Shown here piece after piece: positions 26,472-41,376 of a stretch of 64,000 nucleotides of DNA. The DNA lies in the NCBI GenBank assembly GCA_951406725.2, contig OX597817.1:75144001-75208000 (forward strand), in the 5' to 3' direction. Origin of the DNA: Octopus vulgaris (lineage: Eukaryota). Every line of letters begins with the position of its first letter. The first letter of the stretch is position 1. The notes beneath the pieces are model-generated. The model was given only the letters and a program-made list of their open reading frames with translations, was not told the DNA's origin and searched no databases. The position numbers and the translations under genes were made by a program.

Positions 26472-27712
26472 AATATGTATATGGACATGTGTAAATACAT
26501 AATAGAAAGGCATATCTATGTATGTATATCTGTTTATCTTCTACCACTGCATAGTAACCAGTGTTAGTGTATTTACACCCCTGTAACTTAGTGGTTCAAC
26601 AACAGGGACAATAGAATAAAGTACTAAGCTTAAAAAGAAGTCCTGAGGTTAATTTGTTCAACTAAAACCCTTTAAGGTGGTGCCCCAGCATGGCTGCAGG
26701 CAAATGACTGAAACAAAAGATAAAAGATTTTGTGTGTGTGTGTGTGTGTGTGACTAAGTTTTGTGGCTGGGATAGCTAAGTATCCTTCTCTATAGTAAAC
26801 ACCTATCTCTATTCCCCTACTATACTCTAACCTCTCACCTGGCACAAAGCTACTTCCCCACTGTTCCACTCCCTTTCTTGGCTGAAAAGTCTTTGTCCTG
26901 CAAGTTACTCAGCAACCAGGCGTCAGTGCCATGTAAAAAAAAAAAAAAACGTCACTGCTGATGTCACATAAAAAACACCCAGAATACTGTAAAGTGGTTG
27001 ACATTAGGAAGGGTATCCAGCTATAGAAACCATGCCAAAGCAGACAATATAGCCCGTCAAACTGTCCAAAACAACATCTTGTGTACATTTTTTTAATGAT
27101 TCAATTTTGTTACACATATCCTTATGCAGTACATTGTTATAAAGACAAAAATAATGATGACACTAAAATGCCTTTAATTTTAATCATGAAGATGTTGTGC
27201 ACTGTTAATGCAGCTTATCCAGATAAGCATAAAATGAGAATTTCCAGTTAAATTTTCTCCATAGGATTGGTTTATATGACAAAACTAACTCCCCCAGCTT
27301 TATTGGTTAGTTTTCATTTCTGTTCAATTCTCTTTCATTCAAAACCTTTTGCTATTCTGCTTATTAGAAGCACAATGCTCAGTTTTAATTAGCTGTGTAA
27401 GATCATTAGAAAAGTCTTATGCTGGATTAGTATTGTTTGTTAATCCTTCTGTATTATAGGAAAAGAAATAAAAGCTGTTTATTTATTTGGCTTTTCAGTT
27501 GTAATATAATTTTCATATTTACATTAATATATTTAATTCTTCATGATTATATGAAATTTATTGGTATTCAATTGTTTTTGCAAAAAGTATGATTCTGATT
27601 TGTTAGATACGTGAAATTAGAAAAATAAAGACTAGACATGAGTACACAAGTTTTGTACTTTGAAAATTTATTATTAGTAGAATGCTGATTGTTTTAATTT
27701 TTTTGTTTTCAG

Positions 27713-28494
27713 TCATCGAAGATCTGAATGGAAATGGGCTGCTGAGCGTTCCGCCATTGCTTCACGATGGACTTGGTTACAGGCTCAAGTTTCTGATTTG
27801 GAATATCGAATACGACAGCAAAGTGATACACACAGACAAATACGAAGTGAGAAAGGGGACTTGATATTTGAATCTCTACAAACTCAACCTGTAACATATA
27901 ATTCACGGACAGGAGAAATCCTTAATCAAGAGGAAAAAAGTGGAGAGAAGAGAACAGAAAAATCTAATAAACCCTTTGTTTTTCAGTCCTCAAAATTTAA
28001 TCAGTCATTAGTTAACTGCATTTTACCTCCTGGTCTGACATCACCAATGTCTAGTGGTAAAGACACTTGTCAGTCCTCAACACAGAAATCCTTAAATGGA
28101 TTAATTGATAGTAACCATAATGGAAAAAGTGTTTCAACCAGTGATGTAGCTTCACCAACAGTAAAGACTGATGATAAGCTACTGTTAGAGAATTCAGAAT
28201 CCTTAGCTACACCTACTGTGCCTGTTGATGTTACATGTCAGGCTGCAAGGTGTCGCCCTGTAAAAAGCTACAGAAAAAGGAAACTATTTCGAACTGCTGG
28301 TTTGCACCAGTTATATCGAAAAGCTACTCGTCTTTCAACTGTAAAATGTCATTGTTATACTCCAGTTGTTCCTTGTGCTATGTGTGGAGGACGTTATAAT
28401 AACACTCAAACTTTAGATCCTGACCTCATGCCTTTACATGAAAGGTTGTCACTTTTGGATCCTTCTTTTCATCCAGTTTTATCTTTTTCTCAAG
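27713..28494 (+). CDS. KANSL1: KANSL1 internal coding exon (first in window): coiled-coil segment, WIN motif, Cys-rich patch
   Basis: Acceptor ttttgttttcAG (27711-12) and donor G|GTGAGT (28495). Translates [48 protein letters not shown]...TCQAARCRPVKSYRKRKL...PCAMCG...ERLSLLDPSFHPVLSFSQ. This matches human KANSL1 as I recall it ([41 protein letters not shown] WIN motif; ERLSQLDSCVHPVLAF). Phase 2 start, phase 1 end. Confidence 0.96.
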
Positions 28495-29639
28495 GTGAGT
28501 TCCTTATTTTTTTTAAAAGAAAAAAAAATTTTTGCCAATACCACAAAAGGTTCTATAGATTGAGGGAAGTTGAGTAATTTATGTTAACCGGGGCTACCTT
28601 TTTTTATTTTATTACTATTTTCAGTACTTTGCCTGCCATTAGTAACTCTCACTGTATCTCAGGAGTCATTGGTGACACCCATGCTATAAGACAATATGGT
28701 TGTTTATTATTTAGTGAACTGGAACAATATTTATGGTTTAAAAAAAATAAGCACAAAATTTTATAACAATTAGACTGCTGGTGCAAATGAAAATATGTCA
28801 CAAACTGGGTTTTATAGGCAGTGTTAAACATCTGATATTAGAGTTTTGATTAATTATCATATTTTAAAAGTTTGTCATCAAAGTAAGGTAGAAACTTTAG
28901 AATATTTCATTTTCTCCAGTGTGAATAACTCAATATTTTTGATATTAGGTATATGGATGGCAGAATCAGTAGTGTACCTAGAAAAAATATCTTAATCCTG
29001 CTCAGCCCAATTTTCCTTTCATCCTTCGATAACTACATTGTAATTGACTATATCCTTGGAATATTTCATCTACAATAACTTTGTCTATATCAATCTATCC
29101 TGCAATGGTTTCACTACAAATATTACTGGTTTTAATAGCAAATTCATTGTTAAGAATTTTTTTTTAATATTTTACTTATAAATGCACATCAAACCAGCCT
29201 TCTTCTTTCTTAAGTAAAAATATTTTCTTAGCTTTTTTTTTTTTATATCATTTGTCATTGATATTTTAAGATAGTTGTTCCTTATTTCTTTCTGATATCC
29301 ACTATTCAAATTTTAAATTCTACTTTGCATCAAATCCAATACGCACTCTCATAACAAGAGAGAGAGTGTCTTATACTTTTACAAGAAAGGGGTGACACTG
29401 ACTTCAAAGTTTCAATCTACTAGCTTCTGTTGGACAGTCAACAAAGGCTAGCAGGCCAAAACTTTACAGCCACTGTTACTTTTACCTTGTGGAAGTATAA
29501 GATGTTCCCTAGAAAAAGTATTGAGTAATTCTTCAGTTTAATGTTAAATTTTTAGTATAACTCAACATAAAACAAGCATTAATGTGTGTGTGTGTGTGTG
29601 TGTATATATTTATTTATTTATTTATTTATATGTGCACTA

Positions 29640-29960
29640 CTGACACTCCATCAGTTATGGTGACAAGGGTTCCAGTTGATCTATGAACAGAACAGCCTGC
29701 TTGTGAAATTAATGTGCAAGTGGCTGAGCATTCCACAGACACGTGTACCCTTAATGTAGTTCTCAGGGAGATTGAGCATGACACAGAGCGGGACAAGGCT
29801 GGCCCTTTGAAATACAGGTACTATTCATTTTTGCCGGCTGAGTGAACTAGAGCAATGTGAAATAAAGTGTCTTGCTCAAGGGCACAATGTGCTGCTGGGA
29901 ATCAAATTGATGACCTTGCAATTGTGAGCCGAATTCTGTAACCACTAAGCCATGTGCCTT
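29640..29960 (-). mobile_element. tRNA-derived SINE, second family
   Basis: Minus-strand head GGCACATGGCTTAGTGGTT...AGTTTGATTCCC-like B box, then CCTTGAGCAAGACACTTTATTTCAC. A related head lies on the + strand at about 33945-34210. Confidence 0.78.
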
Positions 29961-32745
29961 CACACACACACATGCGCACGTGCACATATATATATATATA
30001 TATACACACACATATATAAATAAAACTAGCATTGCACAATATTTAATCTTGTGGGAACTGTTGTGCAGTTGCAAATTCTTTGCAGTAAACTCCTTTTTAA
30101 GCTCCCCTTGACTTTGAACTAATATAATTAAGTGCAAATTGAAGTTAATTACTTTTCCAATTTTCCAAAGGGAAAACAGTTAAGTTAGTGTAAGCAATAT
30201 TAAACTTGGTGACTTTTTCCCCCACTTTTTCTCATGTCTACTCGTGTATGACATTATACATTTACTTGTGGCTTTTGTTTTTTCTTTTTTCATCACTACT
30301 TAATTACGTATGGTAAAGTCACTGTTTTGCTTAAGAGGGCTTATAAGATTGGAATTTACCCAGAGTTGGTTCCCATATTTGCTGAAATTATCTCTGTATA
30401 ATGTATAGCTGATAAAGATGTTGGCTAGTTGGACTGTTTCTTCAGTTAAGCTTTGCATCATTATATATATGAGAGGCAGGTATAGAAAGTAAAAGATACA
30501 GAAGAGATGCAAGATGAGTGCACATACTAGGCTTGGTGGTGATCAATTATTAAAGGAATGCTACACATGCATGTACACACATACAGAGTGAAAGTAAAAT
30601 AATTGTAGAAACAGAGGAGGAGAGGGAGTAAAAGACAATAACAAATATTTTTCAAAATTCATATTTCATCATTTTGTATAAGCACAATTATTGTATATGT
30701 ATGTCATATTTCCTGATATAACCAACCATGGTCGAAAAGTATACTCCAAAGTCAAGTCATATGGTTAATACTCTAAATATATAAGTTAGATGCATAGGTA
30801 TGGGAAGTGTAGCACCTGCAATTTAATAGGAATAGAAACTGTTGTAATAGTGAATAACTCAGTTTGTTGCTTTCCTTTATCTGTGAGTTTACAACTTTGT
30901 ATTTTTGTAAGAAATTTGATATTCTTTTACTAGTTTTGGTCACTTGACTCTTGCTATACTGGGTCACTGCTTTCTGGAGTACATTTAACATCAACTTCAA
31001 TACTTGCTTTATCAATGTAGGTGGGCTTTGTGTGTGTGAGCCAGGGGGAGAGGCGGCAGAGATAAGTAATATGTTTATAAAGAGTACCCAAAAGATTTAC
31101 TAAAGTATATTTAATAGTGTTAAAGTTGGCTACTTTTCCATTTCTTGAAGTTTTAGGTTTGAATGAGTGTGTTCACTCACACATTGTTCATGCTTATTAC
31201 TATCCAACATTCTCTCATCTATCTTGATTCTTTAGTTTTCACTCTTGCCCTCTCCATCTCCTCAGACATATATTGTATAGTTGTGAGGTCTCTCTAGTTT
31301 TATGAGATACAACATCACTAGCACTGATGCCACAATGAAATGTTCTCTACATTTTTATAAAGTGGTTAGGGAATGAACAAAAATATTGTGGGGCCAAGAA
31401 GATTCTTAATCTTGTTGAGCAAGTGGTAACCTCTCGTTGCAGCCATGATAAAAAAATTTACACTTTGTAAGGTGGTTGTTGTTAGGAAGGGCATCCAGTT
31501 GTAGAAACCAAGAACAATGAAATGTATCAGTGAGACAAAGTACCAGTTAAGTAATGGGGGTCAATGTAATCAACTTGTCCCCTCACTTTAGAATGCTGGA
31601 CTTGTGCTAAATTAAAATTAGGATTTTGAAATAATTTTGCTTTTTGAAGTCAATCATTTTCTCTATGTATTCTTTGAATGACTCAGGTATTACATATTAT
31701 AGCTATATCTTTTTCAAGTTTGGTCGTGTGAAGATACATTCATTTCTATGAGTTTGTGTTTAGAATATTCATATAGTTCTCTATATAATGTCTGAAGTGT
31801 GTTTGATGGAAACACAAATATGCACAAAAAACGTCCATTATCAAGAGTGTTTACTAACAAATTTAATTCTCCATTTCTTCCCCACCCTCAAACTTTCTAC
31901 ATTGATATAACTCCTAAGTGTCTGGCTTGCGATTGTGTGTATATTAATACTTTATAGAATAGTTGCAATACCTTTGTAGACATAATAGCTTAGATTCTAC
32001 CTTTACCTATTATAAACTGTAAGTCCAATGGCTAAAACTAGTAAGTGAATAAATATATATATATAATGCTTATTCTAGATGAATTAGCTTATGACATTCT
32101 GAATAGATCTCTCTCACTCCCTGTCTTTGGTTGGTATTGCAGAAGTTACACATATTCAGGTACATAGATAACAACTTTGTATTGAATGTAGTTTTCTCAA
32201 TGACTTAGTCAGAAGAAAAAGGTTAACATTCATAACCCATTTTAGGCTGTCCTAGAATAGAACATGTTAGATCACTACCTGAACTCCAGGACTTTCACTT
32301 AATGGCAAACAATACAAATTAAATCTAATGCAAGATTAAAGCTGGAATGCATACTTTAAATTTGGTGTAAAGAAAGTATGCGAAATGGTACATGCTGAAG
32401 TCTGCTTTGGTAAAACAAATGAACAGGTTTCCAGTGAAAATTATGACAATCAAAATGAAGGCTTTTATTTTTCAAGTCCTATATCATCATCGTTGTTTTA
32501 ATGTCTACTTTTCTATTCTTGCGTGAGTCGAACAAAGTTTGGTTGAGGCAGATTTTGTCCTTCCTATCGCCGACCCTCACCAGTTTCCAAGCAAGGTAAC
32601 ATTTCTTCATGGGCCAGGCATGTCTTTGCAGGACAATGGATTTTAATGATGTTGCTTGTATAACAGTGACAGTCAATTTACAACTATCATAGAATGTCAA
32701 GATAAGGAGGCACAAACATACCTGTATATGTGTGTGTGTGTGTAG

Positions 32746-32781
<36 letters not shown>

Positions 32782-35700
32782 AGTATCTTTCAGTTCATTT
32801 ACCAAATCAACTCACAAGGCTTTGATTAGCCTAGGGCTATAGAAGTAGACACTTGCCCTATAAAGCCTTAAGTGGGCAGGAGAAAGATGTTTCTATACAA
32901 CACATTTTTTTATAGCTCTGTTTACCCTATGAAAAAGTTTTGCATATATTTGGAAAGAAAATAAAGCTTATTTAAAGCTGACTTCAATTTAAGTTGATAA
33001 ATTTCCAAAACCAAAAACAATATCAAACATATACAACTAGGGCACTTAGAAAGAAAATATTAGCAACAACAAAATGCCAGCAAGAATAAAATCACTAATG
33101 TTAATAATATATTGAGAATTTAAGTGAAGATAGATAGATATAGCACATATAAAACAATCAACCTACAAAATACTGATGAAAATACAATTATAGGATACTA
33201 AAAACTAAAACCTGGATAAAAAGGAATATGAGAAATATTTCAAACTTTTGAAGATGACGTTAATTTTTTAAGTTGGAAATAGTAAATTAAAATCCATTAT
33301 TCTTTCTGTGGTTTAAGAAAATACTCTTCTCTTGGCATTAAAACTTAATAAAGCAGAAATAACAATAAAATCAAATCTAGTTTTCAAAGATAAACGAAAA
33401 CAGATGTGGACCTTAATATCATCAGTAAAAGTCATTATGTAGCAGCTACAGTTAAAAAAGTGGGTTCCTATAGGAACAACAAAACCCAAGCAAATGAGAG
33501 GTCACTGAGTGGTATGTCTTGATCTGCTTGAAATAGTATCCAAATTTGCCTAGAATCTCAGCCTTGCTGGAGAATGTAGTATTTGATGCATTATCTGAAT
33601 AGGATGGTGTGGTCATGGCTGAAATGTCTTTGCTCATTGGTTTGCTCAACTGTGGCTAAGCAACAATAATGTTGCTTAATCCTTAATGAAATTGATAGTA
33701 AAATTGGAGGAGTGGGAAAGCTGAATAGACAAGATATTACAGTTATGGAACTTAAAATAAGTACATAAAATCAAAGAATACCTGAAAAAGAAAAAAGATC
33801 CCAACTAAATTGCAAAGAATTCATTATGAAAAGTAACAAGTTTTCAGGTTCAATCCGGAATGATTTTCTTAAGATCTAGAGTTGTTAAACCAGGTAACTA
33901 AGTCTGATTGTAAAGAGTTATGTAAAAGAGTTATGTAGTTAGAAGGTACGTGACTTGGTGGTTAGTGTCATGCTTACAATCGTATGGTTGTCAGTTTGAT
34001 TCCTGGGCTGGAGCATGTGTTGTGTAAGCTGTAGAAATTAGTTGTGACATTACTGGTGCCAAACTGTATCAGCCTTTCCTTTGGACAACATCGGTGGTGT
34101 GGAAAGGGGTGACTGGTATGCATGAATGACTGTTGGTCTTCTACAACCAACCTTGTTGAGACTTGTGCCTCTGAGGGGAACTTTCTAGGTACAATCCCAT
34201 GGTCATTCATAACTATAGCATTTATGTAATTTAGGAAATTCTATTGGAAAGATGTAGACCTGAAACTTTAAAAAATAAATGGGTTTAATTTTATTTTTAT
34301 TGTGTAAATAGCACCAGCAAATATTGTTTTCAGTCATTTTATTATAAGAAGGTTATTAGAAGGGGAGTGTTTGAGATTACTTCTGTTTTAGCTTCATGAT
34401 AGTAAATATATATTTTTTCAAGTGCTGAGGAAGCATATCATTATTGTTTTAATGTCTGCTTTTCCATGCTTGCATGGGTCTGACATAATTAGTTAAGGCA
34501 GTTTTTCTAACACCCCCTCCTCCCCTGCAAATCCTTGGTTTCAAGCGAGATACTACTTTTCCATGACATGCTTTTTAAAGAAAGTTTGGAAACGTACACT
34601 ACTTCTGTGACAGTGATGATTATTTGCAACTTGCATGATATTAAGACAGATATACACATACACTGCAGGTTTATTTTAGTTTCTATCTATCAAATTGCAA
34701 AGCTTTGTCAGCCTAAGACTATTTTAGAAAACACTTGCCCAAGGTGGTGTGTTACTGAACCTGAAATCATGTGGGTAGGAAGTAAACTTAACTATGCAGT
34801 CATGAGTTGATTGATGAAAATGTGTAATATTGTACAGAGGTAATATGTACTGTTACATAATACATTTTAAAACTTAAATTTAGAGAAACATTATGTTCTC
34901 TTTATCATAACTGTATAATTGTATCTACCAGGAGAAACATTGCTGCCCGGGTGATTAAAAAGCTTATATAAATATATGTACACACACACACACACTTGCA
35001 TCTATGTACAGAGATACATTATTCAATATATGTTTTTCTAACTTTTAAAGAAATTCTGAAACATAAAACAGTGTAATGAGTTTAAAACCTAAGTTTTATT
35101 TCTAGATACTGAAAACAACTTAAAAGCGCTTTATAACTACTATATGAGAATAGTGAAATCTGAAAGCACTTAAATTTGCTAGGAACAGATTCTTTTGTGT
35201 CTTTAAAGCTATGATTGTTATAACAATATTGTCATGACAATATAAGTCTGCATAAATTAGACAGGTGGTTGGAAATGACAAAGGAGTGAATCTAGGTTTA
35301 ACTCGGGAGATGAATATTGTGAATGAGAACTGTATAACAGTGAGCAATGTTCCCTCTAATTTTTTCTTTTTGTGTAAGTGTGTACATAAATTTACTTCTG
35401 TGCAGATTTTGTCTTTGTTTCTTTGCAAAGCATGTGTGCATCCATGCAAATAACCACCATTCAGATTTCTTGAGTAAAATATCTGATTTCATTTTTAAAA
35501 AAACCTGGTGTGCACAAACTCATTGCTTAGAGGAAATACTGAAAGTAAGGTATAAACTTTGAGCAAAGATTGTGTTAAAAGTAAAAGCAACATTTTTATT
35601 AAAACAGTAACATCTTAAAATTCTAATTTTAATATGATTGATCCAAAAGTTGCTTTTTGAGTTTTAGTTACATATATCTACAGATTATACTTACAGTTAC

Positions 35701-38229
35701 AATAAGGATGTAAGAGAGTAGAAATAAGTACAATTGGCTTGACACTATATAAAATGCATGATATAGAAGTGGTTAATGTTATATAATGACTAACTTACTC
35801 TAAGAACCTCCTAAGAATAGATGCTCTACATATCACCTCTTGTGATTTGGAAACTTCCAGATTGCTACATTGCAGCATGTTAATTCTTTTTGTTTCCATA
35901 TTTCTGATGAAATATATTGCTTCTGTTTCAATTAATTTTGAAAATACCAAATAATTTAGTAAAATAACTTTGGTGTTTGAAACTTCAATTTGCATAAAAT
36001 TTTGATGTTAGTTTTCAATTTAGATCACTTCAAGACAGCTTGTATTGAAGAACCAGGGTGGTCTTGGACAGTTTGTTATCAAAAGGATTAATATAGTTCT
36101 AATTTTAAAATTTGGTGTACCACAGGAAGGTTCAGATGTTTCCCTGCACACTTGCTTCTGCACATGTGGTTACATCACTCATGTATTTTATATCACTCTT
36201 CATTCCTTGGCCACCATTTGTGCCCAGGCATTATTTGCATGCAAGGGCTGATATGCACTATTTCCATTAACAAAGACCTTGGAAATCTCTTATAAATATG
36301 TCAAGTTTATTTTATTCAATAGCATGAAGACACAGCTACCACACACACCAAGTAAAGAACTAAACACTGAGCCTTCTCTATATTCCTCACTTGTTGCAAC
36401 TAAAATTTTCCTAATCTGCAAATACTTGTCTTTGCAATCTTTGCCAGAACAACTTCAATTCTGTACATTTGAGTGCTGCTGTAAGATGTTAGTGCACTCC
36501 CCAAATTAGCTACTGCTCACATGTCTGATAGTGTTGCTGTTACTACTACACAGGCAAGCTTTCTCGACTACATTAAAAAAAGAAAAAAAGTAGGCCATCC
36601 AACTAATTGAAAAATTTTCTGTCACTAACACTTTACAACCACTTGCCCACTGCACTGTATCCTCTTTCTGTCTTTTCTACCACTATAGCATTTCCTATTC
36701 TGCTGAACTTATGAGCTATGTATTGTTTTATCTATTTTTATTTCGCCTCAACCCCAAAATTTCACTCGATTCTTAATCCCCAGATCTCTTACTTTTTAAA
36801 ATTACCTCTCAGTCTGTTTTCCCTGCATATGAATCTGAGGCTACCACCTGCAAGGGTTGGAAACATTTTCTCTCCTTAAAATTATCAAGATGGTCTTTTT
36901 TAAAATACTATTCAGCTCAGAATTGGTGTCATTTTTAAAAAATATAAATGGTGTGACTGTTAGTGGTTTTTTTTTTCTTTTGAGTTATCCAAAACTGAAT
37001 TTGATAGAAATAATTGATTTCTTTGTTATCTACAGACATCCAAAAAGTGGTGAATAGATTTATTGTGTATTAGTGTATAAAAATAATGCAATCATAATGA
37101 GGAGTGCTAATTTGTTAATTTTGTATAGGAAAGCAAGAGTGAATACTATTTTGGAATATTTGGAGATTTAAAAGAAAAAAATCATACGCCATTACATTTT
37201 ATAATTTAGGAAACATTGAAATTGCTTCTTTTTTTTTAATAGAACTCAAGACTTTTTTTCAAATTGTTTGGTGCAATGTATTAATTCTTTATGTCCATAA
37301 AATATCTTTCAAAAACTACAGGAAAAAAATTGTTACATAGATATGATTAATTGGCCATCATTAATGATGGAGCACATTCTTTGTATCAGATTTTTTGGCA
37401 TTATGTAATTAGAAAAAAAAAATTTTAATGGAAGCTATGGGCATGTCTGTGGGTAAGAAGCTTGCTGACCATGTAGTCTTGAGTTCAGTCCCACTGCATG
37501 GCATTTGGGGCAAGTGTTTCTGCTTATAGTCCTGGACTGGCCAAAGGTTTGTGAGTAGATTTGATAGACACAAATGAGTGTGTGTTTGCTCCGCACCATC
37601 TCTTGATGACTGGTGTTGGTTTGTTTATATTCTTGTGGCTTAGTGATTTGGCAAAGTAGAGCTATAGGACAAATTACTAGGCTTCAAAAATAACTGGGAT
37701 CAATTTGTTTAACTAAAATCCTTGTAGATGGAGCTCTAGCATGGCCACATTTGAATGACTAACAAGTAATGATAAAAGCTCTTAGAATAAGATTGTTTTC
37801 AGACTGTAGATGATTGTAATGCTCTGCTTTCAGATGAAGTGTTGAATTTTAAAGTTATAAGGAACAAATCACCTACCTAATTGGCAATTAATCAATTGAA
37901 TAGATTTGGCAGAGATTATTTTTTAAATAATTAATTGTATACTATTAATATACTATCAAATTGTATATAGAATAGTTTTAGAAATAAATACAATATTTAT
38001 GGATTTTATTATATTAAAAAACTAAGACATGGATATAGCAATTTGCAAGCATTTTACTTCTCAATGATAGATTTTTTTTATTTATTTGGAAAAATGTTTT
38101 ATCTGATGTAATTAATAACTTTTACAATTACATAAAAAGCAAGTTAGATTATCTGCAATACATTTATCAAACCATGGTAGGGTTAAATAAGACGACCATG
38201 GGTTAGCTAATTAATCTTTTTTTTTTTTA

Positions 38230-38652
38230 ATAGGCAGAAGGCTTGAATTTTTGGTTGGATAGGGGTAGTAAATTACATTGACTTCAGTGCTGAATTGATC
38301 CTTATTTTAGTGACTTTTTGCAGGATAAAAAGCAAAGTTAACCTTGGTGGAGTTTGAATTCAGAACATAAAGATGGACAAAATGCTGTTAAGCATTTTCT
38401 CTGGCATGCTAATAATTCTGCCAGCTCACCATCTTGGAGTTAGATAATGGTTTCAAATTTTGGCACAAGGCCAGTAATTCCTGAGTGGTGGGGTAAGTCA
38501 ATTACAGTGATTGAGGTCACTCCAATGTAATATTTTATCAGTCCTGAAAGGATAAAAGGCAAAGTCGACCTTGGCGGAATTTGAACTCAGAATATGCAGA
38601 CAAGTGAAATACCGCTATGCATTTTACCTAGCATGCTTACGATTCTGCCAAT
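38230..38652 (-). mobile_element. Two tandem copies of a third SINE family
   Basis: GGATAAAAGGCAAAGTCGACCTTGGCGGAATTTGAACTCAGAA occurs twice. Relatives lie at about 3590-3750 (+), 14805-14940 and 59215-59345. Confidence 0.75.
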
Positions 38653-40325
38653 CTTATGGTTAGCTAATAATAACATCTAGTTTAATAAACAATAGAAACA
38701 TCTCCAATTTCTAAAAAAATGTTTTGGGTTGTCTCTGTTGCTTTGCTTGCTCAAAGGTTGAGTTAACCCTCAATATTTTCCTTTAATTTTAACCCTATTA
38801 TGCTTAATTCTGAAGTTGAAACCATTGATAAACCAATTTTTGTCAGTTACTTAGATTGCAGTATAGTCACTACTGCTCTGTAATTGAGTTTCTCAATTAT
38901 AGTGATAGAGCCAAAAGGTTGATTATCATGGTAATGTATAGATTTTGCCCTGTAATAATAGCATTTGGTAAGTAGATTAATATTTTGGAATTGATTAGGT
39001 GTGCCTTTGTTCCAACTAGTTGAAAATTTTAGTCAAAATTATTTTATAGTTGCAGCCAAAAAAAAAAAATGCTTGGTTGGTTATAATGTTCAAAGGGAAG
39101 TAAGTTTGCAGATATAAAATTACTAATGCGTTGTGGAATTACATAGATTGTGCTAAGTGTAGAGAAGAAATGGCAGTTTCATTTATTTTAATTATATAAA
39201 TTGAAACCGAGTTCTAATTATTAGAACATATGTCGACCAAATGATTGAGAAAACTAAATAATTCTTCTGCGTGAGGGGCAGTATATGTTACATTGCTGAA
39301 CATGAAACAACTAATGAAGAATAATATATGCAGTAAGGAAGAAATATATATCTTTTACTTGTTTCAGTGATTAGACTGTGACCATGCTGGGGATACTGCC
39401 ATGAAGAATTTCAGTCAAACGAATTGTACCCAGTACTTTATTGGTCTCTTTTGCTAGTCTGCTAAGTTAATTGGATGTCAAAACATCAATATCAGTTGTC
39501 AAGTGGTGGTGGGATCACACATACATGGGTTTCTTTCACTTTCTGTCTATCAAATCCACTCAAGGCTTTGGTCAACCCGAGGCTGTAAGAGAAGACACTT
39601 GCCCAAAGTGCCACACAATGGGACTGAACTCTGAACCATGTGGTTGGGAAGCAAACTTCTTACCACATAGCCACACCTGCATATACAGTAGACCATTTTT
39701 CAGCAAGACTAGAAAATAATTACTTGTTTTAGTTACGACGTTCTCTGCAAGTAATAAGCCTCTCCAAAACTTGCTGAAAGATCGGCATATGACATGTTGG
39801 TGTTGTGTTGTTAAGAAAAGTACCAGACTATATACTGGGTAGCATTGTTTTTGACTAAAAATTCTTGAATGTGATACTCTGAATCCAGTAAAAGAATGTT
39901 GGAGAATTGTTTAGAAATGGAATAATCCTCACTTATTTTGGTAAATTATGAAGAGGCTATATACTTTGCTGAATATGTCAAAAATAAGGTAGAAAGAAAC
40001 CTGCTCAAACTTGTCTCATGCTAGAGAAATGTAAACATATTGAGTTGTTAGCTAAGCATTAAATTATATGCCAATGTTCATTTACCTTCGGTTTAATTAT
40101 TGTTTGCTGAAATGTAGAGTTGGCTAAATATGTTTATTGAATGGCTCTATTAACTTTGAATTTCTCCTTTTTTTCCTATTGTTAGCCTGCTTTCTATTTA
40201 GATTAGGAAATCTTTGAGCAATAATACAAACAGATATATCATGCTTGTTACAAAAAGAGTGGATTCCAGCTGGAAAAAATACGAATTTCAGAATTGGCTA
40301 GTTATATATATATATATATATATAT

Positions 40326-41334
40326 TTATTTCAGCATAAATAAATACATATTTGAATAAACATTTGTGCAATTAGCTTTGATAATGGTTTTTTTAAGCAT
40401 ATTATTCTATGAAACTACCTTCGGCTTCAATGGCTGGTTTAATGAGAGACCAAAACTGCTGGCATGCTGACACTGTATGGTCCTTATTCATTTCGGACAT
40501 CATCTGGACAATGGTGGCCTTCAGTGAAGCTATGATATTATGAGGATGATGATTAGTCTCCCTTCCAACAGTACTCCACACACTATAGTCAGTGGGGTTC
40601 AAATCTGGTGAGTTTGGAGGCCACATATTGGTGTTACATTATTGTAAAGATTGTCTGACTACCATTCTTCGGTGACTAGGGCTTTGTGAGAAGGTGCTGA
40701 GTCTTGTTGAAACGTATGACCTTCCATTGCATACTTCATCAATCCAGGACTTGATAACAGTTTCTAGTACCTCAATGTATTCGGCAGCATTGATTCTAAG
40801 ACACTATGGAAAAAAGTGGGGAGACATCACATGACCTTCACTACTCACCACTCCTAAAACCATCACAGTTGCTGGAAATTTCATGCGCATCACTCTGGTT
40901 ACTTCAGAAGGATCTGCACATAACCATCTGTCATTTCTTCTGTTAGACTTTTGGTCCTGGTCAGCTTTTTTTCGTCAGCAATGGATCTCATTGATCTGGG
41001 GTTTTCATCAATAATGTTTTGAACATGTATAAATTCCGGTGTCCTTTTAGTGTCTGAGTATTGTGAATGTTTTTTTTTGTCTTTGATTCAGGTGAAACAC
41101 TATCACCTCATATCTCCAGTTCCAACCGAACTTTGTGTACAAATGGTCTTGCAAAATTTAGAAAGTTGCTAATTTTTAAATCACTGTGGTTTGCATGTAT
41201 AGCAACTATGACTGCATGTCTTTTCATTTCTTGAGTTAGTATATCTTGAAAAAGTTAGCTGGGGGGGAAAAAAATGATACATTAAATAATTTGAAGGTGT
41301 AACGAACTAAAAATGAAATGTCCTCAAATACCCC

Positions 41335-41336
<2 letters not shown>
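40326..41336 (-). mobile_element. Decayed Tc1/mariner-superfamily transposon, DD37D (maT) family
   Basis: Minus strand 41227-40402: MKRHAVIVAIHANHSD (HTH-like), ADEK, KFPATVMVLGVVSSEG, FQQDSAPSHKA...W*...WPPNSPDLNPTDYSVW. There are 37 residues between the 2nd and 3rd Asp after correcting one frameshift. A CAGGGG terminus is seen at about 41336, none at the other end; flanked by (TA)n. Confidence 0.88.

Positions 41337-41376
<40 letters not shown>

Noticed and set aside
1-27712. Further KANSL1 exons or nested genes among the many 60-126 aa ORFs
   Set aside because: None resembles a protein family or shows matching splice signals; most are microsatellite, SINE or LINE translations. I did not find the expected upstream exon (D-S-D-A-T-E-S-S-S-G-G-E-S-like), though a small exon could have been missed by eye.
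27798-28577. 259-aa ORF as a standalone gene
   Set aside because: It is a KANSL1 exon. Homology starts upstream at 27713 and stops at the donor at 28495; the tail is intron read-through.
29890-29960. tRNA gene on the minus strand (and similar heads in other SINEs)
   Set aside because: A and B boxes are present, but the sequence runs straight into SINE body sequence and I could not build a full cloverleaf.
34925-36790. Possible further decayed Helitron (TTGCTGCCCGGGTGATTAAAA resembles a 3' hairpin on the minus strand)
   Set aside because: No clear CTAG or 5' TC terminus and no RepHel motif could be read.
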